A DNA stretch of 23,584 nt from Promethearchaeota archaeon (GTDB lineage: Archaea > Asgardarchaeota > Lokiarchaeia > Sigyniarchaeales > SOKP01), in NCBI GenBank assembly GCA_019058015.1, contig JAHLWH010000203.1:1-23584 (forward strand), written 5' to 3'. The stretch's first letter is position 1. The number at the start of each line of letters is the position of its first letter. A program made the position numbers and the translations under genes. The notes under the pieces are model-generated. The model saw only the letters and a program-made list of their open reading frames with translations, was not told where the DNA came from and made no database searches. Shown here one piece after another: positions 17,676 through 23,584 of this stretch.

Positions 17676-17785
17676 TCAATTTTTGCTCATCTATATAAAA
17701 TTGAACTATTTGTTATTATCTTGTTTTTAATTTTAAGTTTATCTCTTAGATTTTTATATATATAGATTTGTTTGAATATTTTTTT

Positions 17786-17803
17786 ATCTTGATTTTTCAA
17801 GAT
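17786..17803. promoter_or_regulatory. Inverted repeat ATCTTGA-N4-TCAAGAT, possible operator
   Basis: Perfect 7-bp arms in the AT-rich divergent intergenic region upstream of the Lrp gene. Confidence 0.35.
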
Positions 17804-18006
17804 TAGTATAAATTATTATTAAAGGATAAGATCAATAATTGAATTTTAAGAGGATTAAAATTTGAAAATTTTTATTTTTTTGACTTATTATTTTAAGTTT
17901 TTTAATTCAATAGCAATTAATTGAAGAATATTTTAATAAATCCCACCAATTAAATATATACAAATATTTTTTGAAATAAAATTAAATTATTTTTGAAAAT
18001 ACTCAC

Positions 18007-18459
18007 ATGAAAGTAAAAACCGATGTTTTGGATTATGAAATAATTTCATCACTTCAAAAGGATGGTCGGAGACCATATAAGGAGATTGCCAATGACTTAG
18101 GAGTTTCAATTGGAACAATACACAATCGGATTACTAAATTAAAAAAAATTGGTATAATTAATGGATTTACTGTTAATATTCATAATGAAAAATTAGGGTA
18201 TAATCTCTGTTTTATAATTCTTCTCAGAATTGACGGAAAACATACTGCTGAAGTACTTGAGGGATTAAAGGAGAAAAAAGAGATTTTATCCTGTTTTCAT
18301 ATCACAGGAGAACAAAGTGCTGCTTTAATTTGTCGATTCGAAAATTTAAATGATGTTCAAAAGTTTATTCAGGATTTGAATAAAGAAAAATATATTCTTC
18401 GCACAGTTTCAAATATGGTACTTAAGGAATATAAAAATTCGTCAAATGTTCTATTATGA
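18007..18459 (+). CDS. Lrp/AsnC family transcriptional regulator
   Basis: DYEIISSLQKDGRRPYKEIANDLGVSIGTIHNRITKLKKIGIINGF HTH; RAM domain with HITGE and RTVSNMVL. Confidence 0.95.
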   Translation: MKVKTDVLDYEIISSLQKDGRRPYKEIANDLGVSIGTIHNRITKLKKIGIINGFTVNIHNEKLGYNLCFIILLRIDGKHTAEVLEGLKEKKEILSCFHITGEQSAALICRFENLNDVQKFIQDLNKEKYILRTVSNMVLKEYKNSSNVLL

Positions 18460-18582
18460 TTATTTAACATAAAATTAGATTGATTAAAAGGGAATAACTA
18501 TCATTTTTTTGGAATAATCGTTAGATTTTATACTAATGTTTGCAATAGATTTTCAATTCATTAGAATTTAAATATCTGAATG

Positions 18583-18596
18583 TTATAACGTTATAA
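18583..18596. promoter_or_regulatory. 14-bp perfect palindrome beside a TATA-like element
   Basis: TTATAACGTTATAA, about 56 bp upstream of the ATG at 18653, adjacent to TATATA. Confidence 0.4.
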
Positions 18597-18652
18597 TATA
18601 TACTTTTTTTTATAGTAATTCAAATATTCTTAGAAAAAGATGTGAAACTTTT

Positions 18653-19204
18653 ATGGCAAAAGCACCAAAATTCTGTCCCGAGTGCGGAGCGGAATTGGGC
18701 GGAAATAAAATATGTGAAAAATGCGGATATGAAACTTCTCAAACTGTAGAAAAGGAAGTAAAGACCCAACTAACTTCAAGTGGCGAAGGCAATCCCAATT
18801 GGCAAAATGTAGAACCATTTGTTACTCTACTTGGGAAATGGGCATGGGTAATTGCAGTTATAAATGGATTGGTTTACCTCTTTTTGGGGATAATGTGGTT
18901 TGCGTTTATACCCTTTTCATTTATGGATGCAACATATATATGTTATATCATAAGTGGAATTATAACAATAATAATTGCCATCATCATTGTAAAGCCAAGA
19001 TTTTCAAGTAGATGTGCTGCCAAGGATTGGGACTATCTGCTTAATGATGTCTTGACACTCGGAAATTTAAGAATTCCGTGGATGCTAATTTGGGGAATAT
19101 TAATTCAAATATTCGGAAATTGGTGGGGTGGTCTGCCAATCATAATTCCTGCATTACTTTTAATATTTATGGGTCCAAAACCTTATGACTGGACAACTGA
19201 CTAA
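18653..19204 (+). CDS. Zinc-ribbon membrane protein
   Basis: N-terminal CPECG...CEKCG, followed by 3-4 hydrophobic Trp-rich segments. Confidence 0.85.
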   Translation: MAKAPKFCPECGAELGGNKICEKCGYETSQTVEKEVKTQLTSSGEGNPNWQNVEPFVTLLGKWAWVIAVINGLVYLFLGIMWFAFIPFSFMDATYICYIISGIITIIIAIIIVKPRFSSRCAAKDWDYLLNDVLTLGNLRIPWMLIWGILIQIFGNWWGGLPIIIPALLLIFMGPKPYDWTTD

Positions 19205-19233
19205 AATTTTAGAATAAAAAAGAAAATATATTA

Positions 19234-19244
19234 TTTTTTTTTTT
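19234..19244 (+). terminator. T11 tract (probable terminator)
   Basis: Oligo-T run about 30 bp after the stop at 19204. Confidence 0.45.
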
Positions 19245-19461
19245 CATTTTAATCATTTCTTAAGTTAAAAATTTCCAAGTTTACCTAGAAATCAAGCAGG
19301 GTAAGATTAAAATAAAAACTTATCTATTTTTTATTTTTTTTAATGAAGTTCTAAATTCTTATCGACAAAAAATTTTTAATTTAAAGTGCATTTTAGATAT
19401 TAAAAATAATATCAAAACAATATATAGAAAAAATTTTAATTTTTAGAGGAATTAAAAAAAG

Positions 19462-21069
19462 ATGGTACAACCAATTATCATATTAAAAGAAGGAACTGAA
19501 GAGTCTGGTAAGAGAAATGCTTTAAAAGCAAACGTTAATGCTATTATTGCGGTTTCTGAAGCAATAAAATCAACTTATGGTCCAAAAGGTATGGATAAAA
19601 TGATTGTGGAGGCACTGGGGGACATTAAAATTACAAATGATGGATTTACTATTCTTGATAGCATAGATATTGAAAATGCTTCAGCAAAAATGGCAGTTGA
19701 TTTATCAAAAGTGCAAAATGATAAGATGGGCGATGGAACAACAAGTGTTGTGATATTTGCTGGTGATTTATTAAGAAGGGCTTTAGAGTTAATAGAAAGA
19801 GGGGTACATCCATCGATTATAATTAAAGGTTTTAATCTCGCGTTAAAAAGAACTTTAAAGGAATTTGAAGAAATTGGACGAGAAATTTCAGAAGATGATG
19901 AAAAATCACTTATTAATGTTGTTAAAACGACCTTAAATACAAAAAGTATTACTGGCTTGAATGAATATTTCGCTAAAATAATTCTAGATGCAGTTAAAAT
20001 AATTAAAGATGAAGGAGATATTTTTACAAAAGTTGAAAATATAGGCATTATAAAGGAGAAGGGAAAATCCCTACAAGAATCAGAATTAGTCAATGGAATC
20101 TATATACAAAAAGAAAAAATCAACGTAGGTATGCCAGATATTATTAATGATGCCAAGATCGCAGTTATAAAGAAGTCATTAGAAGTTAAAAAAACAGAAT
20201 TTGGAGCAGAAATTCAAATTTATAAACCTGAGGATATTCAAAAATTCGTTGATCAAGAAGTAGAAATTATGAAAGGTTATGCTGAGATATTTTCTAATTT
20301 AGGAGTTAATTTAGTTATTAATGAGAATTCAATTGACGACAAAGTCGCAGATTTTTTAAGTCAAGCAGGTATTGCTGCCATTAAGTCTGTTAAATCATCT
20401 GATGCTAAAGCAATTGTTAAAGCTACGGGGGCAAAAAAACTGGAAAAGATAGATGATTTAACTGAGGATGATTTAGGATTTGCCGGGAGAGTAGAATTTA
20501 CTAAATTAGGGGAAAATGATTATTGCTTTATTACAAAATGTAAAAATCCAAAAGCAGCGACTTTACTATTACGCGGTGGATTAGAACATAGCATAAATGA
20601 GGCAGAAATTGCAGTTAAAAGTGCAATTAAGGTTTTAGCTAAACTTATAGATACTAAGAAAATTGTTGGTGGTGGTGGAGCTTTTGAAATAGAACTTGCA
20701 AAAAGGATTAGAGATTTTGCCATTAATGCAGGAGGTAAAGAACAAATTGCTATTCAAGTATATGCTGATGCTATAGAGGAACTTCCCAAAACATTGGTAA
20801 GGAATGCTGGGATGGATGAAATCGATGTAATCGGTGAAATAAGTGCTGCTCATTCCAAATTGGGAAATGAGTTCGTCGGTATTGATATTTCAGATGGAAA
20901 AGTCGGAGATAACTTTAAAAAAGGAATAATTGAACCTGCAGCAATAAAATCACAATTGTTCAAGAGTGCAACAGAATTAGCTATGTTAATTCTTAGGATT
21001 GACAATATTATATCTTCCAAAAAAATGCAAGCACCAGGAGCTGGTGGTATGCCACCCGGTGGAATGTAA
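19462..21069 (+). CDS. ths: Thermosome subunit (group II chaperonin), divergent
   Basis: STYGPKGMDKM, ITNDG, GDGTTS, TLLLRGG, VGGGGAFE, ILRIDNII, GGMPPGGM tail; GAGGA SD upstream. Confidence 0.96.
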   Translation: MVQPIIILKEGTEESGKRNALKANVNAIIAVSEAIKSTYGPKGMDKMIVEALGDIKITNDGFTILDSIDIENASAKMAVDLSKVQNDKMGDGTTSVVIFAGDLLRRALELIERGVHPSIIIKGFNLALKRTLKEFEEIGREISEDDEKSLINVVKTTLNTKSITGLNEYFAKIILDAVKIIKDEGDIFTKVENIGIIKEKGKSLQESELVNGIYIQKEKINVGMPDIINDAKIAVIKKSLEVKKTEFGAEIQIYKPEDIQKFVDQEVEIMKGYAEIFSNLGVNLVINENSIDDKVADFLSQAGIAAIKSVKSSDAKAIVKATGAKKLEKIDDLTEDDLGFAGRVEFTKLGENDYCFITKCKNPKAATLLLRGGLEHSINEAEIAVKSAIKVLAKLIDTKKIVGGGGAFEIELAKRIRDFAINAGGKEQIAIQVYADAIEELPKTLVRNAGMDEIDVIGEISAAHSKLGNEFVGIDISDGKVGDNFKKGIIEPAAIKSQLFKSATELAMLILRIDNIISSKKMQAPGAGGMPPGGM

Positions 21070-21078
21070 AATCTAATA

Positions 21079-21092
21079 TTTTTTTCTTTTTT
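21079..21092 (+). terminator. Oligo-T tract between convergent thermosome and PEPCK genes
   Basis: TTTTTTTCTTTTTT starting 10 bp after the thermosome stop. Confidence 0.5.
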
Positions 21093-21106
21093 ATTAAAAA
21101 CTTAGT

Positions 21107-22996
21107 TTAATTAGAAAAGTAATCTGGCGGAATAATATTCAAATTAAATTTCTGTTTTGTTTCAAGAATTTCTTTTTTTTGGGATTTTAATAATCTCCAG
21201 AAAAATTTAGGTATTTGAATTTCTTCCCAATACATTTTCTCCATTCGCTCATATTTCTCTAACCATTTAGAAACGCGAATTGAGAATTGATAATTGTAAT
21301 CTTCTTCTTTATAGTTTTGATTTAGAATAGTTCGGAAGAGTTTTTTTAAATCTTCATATTTTGGAATAAAACCTATAGGTGTTTTTATTGTTTTAAATTC
21401 ACCATGCGTCCTTCCTTCAGCCCATAATACCCAAACTTTCTTATCAAGCATTCCATTACAATATTTACCGTCTTTTTTTAAGAAATAATTTGTAGCAAAG
21501 ATTTTTGGACAATGAATTAATCTATTTCCAAATTTTCGATGATTATCAAGGTATAACCCTAAAGGAATAACCATAAAATCTAAGTTAGCCATCGGACTCG
21601 GTTTTCTTATCCCCACCTTACCAAGAGTTGCAGAAGTAGATTCAGACTCAATAATTGCGCCATAAAATACTCCATGCTCCCAATTAAGACTTTCAAGAAT
21701 TGGCACCGAAGTATCTGAATCTCTACCCCCATATAAAATACCGCTCACTCTGATTCCGCCCGGATCATTTAATGCGGGATCCCAATTTTCAAGCTCTTTT
21801 ATTCTCATTGTATAACGAGCGTTCGGATGCGCAAGAGGTATTTTATTTCCTCCTTTATCTTTCTTTCCTTCAAACCATTCACCAGAGTGATTAATTCCCG
21901 ATTTAAATGGTTCTCGTCCATCACCGAGCCAAAAAGGTTTTCCATCTTTAATTAATACATTAGAAAAAATTAACTCTCTAGGTGATGTTAAGGCTTTAAA
22001 AATTAATGGATCATCAATCTCATTAACATCTCTTATAATTCCGAAAATTCCTGATTCTATATTGACTGCACGAGCATATCCTTCATTATCTTCTCTAATG
22101 TAAGCAATATCATCTCCAACAATTTGTTGACCGGGAATCATTGCAGTAGATGTTTTCCCACATGCACTTGGATAAGCTCCAGTAAAATAAGTTATGCGAT
22201 TTTTCCCCTCAGGTTTTACACCCATAATAAACATATGCTCTGTTAACCAATTCTCATGATTTGCTTTATATATTCCAAGTCGTAATGCTAACTTCTTCAA
22301 ACCTATGCTATTACCTGCATATTGATTATTTACAGATAAAACACGACTTTCTTTTAAGTCAATATATATTCTTCTATCATCGATATTTTTTGAAACATTT
22401 TTTTCTAAAGGTCCCGCTGAGTGAATAAAATAAAAAAAATCTTCAGATCCTTTAAGACGTTTAAATTCTTCATATCCTGTTCTATATAAGAGATCTTCAG
22501 AATGAGCAACATAAAATGAATCTGTTAATTGGAGAGCACATATTGAAAAATGAGAATTTGTTGGTCCAAGACAAAAAAAGCGAACAAGAACTTCCTTACC
22601 TCTCATCACACCATCCATAATTTGAAATATTTCGTTTAAACCTTCTTCCCTGCTTTTTGTATTAATTACTTTACTTAATTTAGTTCCTTTCCGTATTAAT
22701 ACAGCAGTATTTCCTACATCTCTCGCTTGGTCATAATACCCATCATAATGGATTGTATGACCTTCCTTAGTCAACTTTTCTTCTTCCCCCTCCCTAAGCG
22801 CACCTTGGCGGACATATTCAATTTCTTTTGGATTATCAATAATTACTTTAACTTTCGCTGGTTTACATAAATCTACAAATTCATTTACAATTTTCAATAC
22901 TTTTGGGTTCTTGAGAGCAACCAATTTTTGGAGATCTTCTTCCGATAAAAGGGTTTTTGTTGTTTCAGTTAAATTATCCAAATTAAAGTCTTTCAT
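21107..22996 (-). CDS. pckG: Phosphoenolpyruvate carboxykinase (GTP)
   Basis: QLTDSFYV, YAGNSIGLKK, WLTEHMFI, P-loop GAYPSACGKTSTAM, VGDDIAY, HPNARYT, GGRDSDT. Start placed at ATG 22996 (MKDFNL, 629 aa); the track's extra 46 aa are AT-rich intergenic read-through. Confidence 0.95.
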   Translation of the reverse strand: MKDFNLDNLTETTKTLLSEEDLQKLVALKNPKVLKIVNEFVDLCKPAKVKVIIDNPKEIEYVRQGALREGEEEKLTKEGHTIHYDGYYDQARDVGNTAVLIRKGTKLSKVINTKSREEGLNEIFQIMDGVMRGKEVLVRFFCLGPTNSHFSICALQLTDSFYVAHSEDLLYRTGYEEFKRLKGSEDFFYFIHSAGPLEKNVSKNIDDRRIYIDLKESRVLSVNNQYAGNSIGLKKLALRLGIYKANHENWLTEHMFIMGVKPEGKNRITYFTGAYPSACGKTSTAMIPGQQIVGDDIAYIREDNEGYARAVNIESGIFGIIRDVNEIDDPLIFKALTSPRELIFSNVLIKDGKPFWLGDGREPFKSGINHSGEWFEGKKDKGGNKIPLAHPNARYTMRIKELENWDPALNDPGGIRVSGILYGGRDSDTSVPILESLNWEHGVFYGAIIESESTSATLGKVGIRKPSPMANLDFMVIPLGLYLDNHRKFGNRLIHCPKIFATNYFLKKDGKYCNGMLDKKVWVLWAEGRTHGEFKTIKTPIGFIPKYEDLKKLFRTILNQNYKEEDYNYQFSIRVSKWLEKYERMEKMYWEEIQIPKFFWRLLKSQKKEILETKQKFNLNIIPPDYFSN

Positions 22997-23196
22997 TTCA
23001 TTTAAGTGAATATTACAAGATATATAAAAAAAATTATTTTTCTCAAAATAGTATATTCGGTAAAATTTATAAAACTTTTTTTCAATTTCGCAGAAAAAAT
23101 CGATTAAAAATAAAAAAAATTCTATTTTTTTCAATTAATATAAATAAAAACATAATGAGCAATAAAAATAGAAATAGGAAAAGAAAAAAAAAGAAA

Positions 23197-23583
23197 TTAA
23201 CCCTTAATTACTTCTATTAATTTCGGAAAGATGCGCGGATAATGAACAGCCATACAATGAACGCCACCCAATAGCTCTTTATTCTTGAGCTCCGTTATGA
23301 AAGGCTTGAAAAATTCATAATTAGCTTGGTCATATATTTCTTTTTGCTTGACTTTGTCCATTTTATAATCATTTTTGATGGATTTCCATTTCGCAAGAAT
23401 GTCCTTAGGTACATCAACTCCTGGAACAAAAGTATCAAAACCTTTTGCCATAGAGTACGACTTCATTGGAAAGATGCCCAATAACACCGGAACGTTATAT
23501 TTTTTAATTGCGGTAAGAAATTCTACTGTTTTTTCGAGATCATACGCAACTTGGGTTTGAATAAATTCGCATCCCGCCTCTAC
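23197..23583 (-). CDS. metF: Methylenetetrahydrofolate reductase, 3' part (5'-truncated by window)
   Basis: Frame is open to the window edge: VEAGCEFIQTQVAYDLEKTVEFL...VPVLLGIFPMKS...VPGVDVP...GGVHCMAV, matching the KxxAGAxFxQTQ and GvHxM motifs of MTHFR. Confidence 0.88.
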   Translation of the reverse strand, partial: VEAGCEFIQTQVAYDLEKTVEFLTAIKKYNVPVLLGIFPMKSYSMAKGFDTFVPGVDVPKDILAKWKSIKNDYKMDKVKQKEIYDQANYEFFKPFITELKNKELLGGVHCMAVHYPRIFPKLIEVIKG

Positions 23584-23584
23584 C

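Noticed and set aside
17676-17690. ATG-AGC-AAA-AAT-TGA in frame with the CCG fragment, suggesting selenocysteine read-through
   Set aside because: The TGA does not align with a conserved Cys of the family, the product would lack the CCG motif, and no SECIS-like hairpin was evident downstream.
17690-18006. AT-rich gap as a replication origin
   Set aside because: No cdc6/orc1 gene nearby and no ORB-like G-string repeats were seen.
22997-23134. 46-aa N-terminal extension of PEPCK in the ORF track
   Set aside because: F/Y/K/N-rich translation of AT-rich intergenic DNA; ATG at 22996 gives a normal-length enzyme.
11604-23560. Short shadow ORFs 11604-11810, 14780-14980, 16901-17125, 18799-19011, 19575-20093, 20520-20723, 20635-20853, 23375-23560
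   Set aside because: Antisense or out-of-frame overlaps of real genes. The Cys/His-rich 18799-19011 ORF is an alternate-frame reading of a hydrophobic coding region.

Overview
Strongly AT-rich archaeal chromosomal window, most consistent with an Asgard archaeon (Lokiarchaeia-like; inferred from archaeal rpoD/eL18/thermosome/TrpS together with a Rag/Gtr-like small GTPase). It is mostly housekeeping: aroA, a truncated rpoD-rpl18e-rpl13-rps9 operon, glyA, trmI, a Trbp111-like protein, yjbQ, trpS, an Lrp regulator, a thermosome subunit, GTP-dependent PEPCK and the 3' part of metF. Three things are not explained by the ORF track. (1) A 2,565-bp integrase-free cassette sits at the 3' end of trpS, bounded by a perfect 41-bp direct repeat. 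The distal copy carries a second, diverged TrpS C-terminus. The cassette holds three tightly linked genes: a 7-repeat LVIVD propeller membrane protein, a 2-TM protein with a paralogous C-terminal tail, and a small helical, possibly DNA-binding protein. (2) An orphan 3' fragment of a CCG-domain Fe-S oxidoreductase lies just upstream of trpS. (3) The thermosome subunit has Ser at the position of the catalytic Asp. No rRNA, tRNA or CRISPR array was seen.
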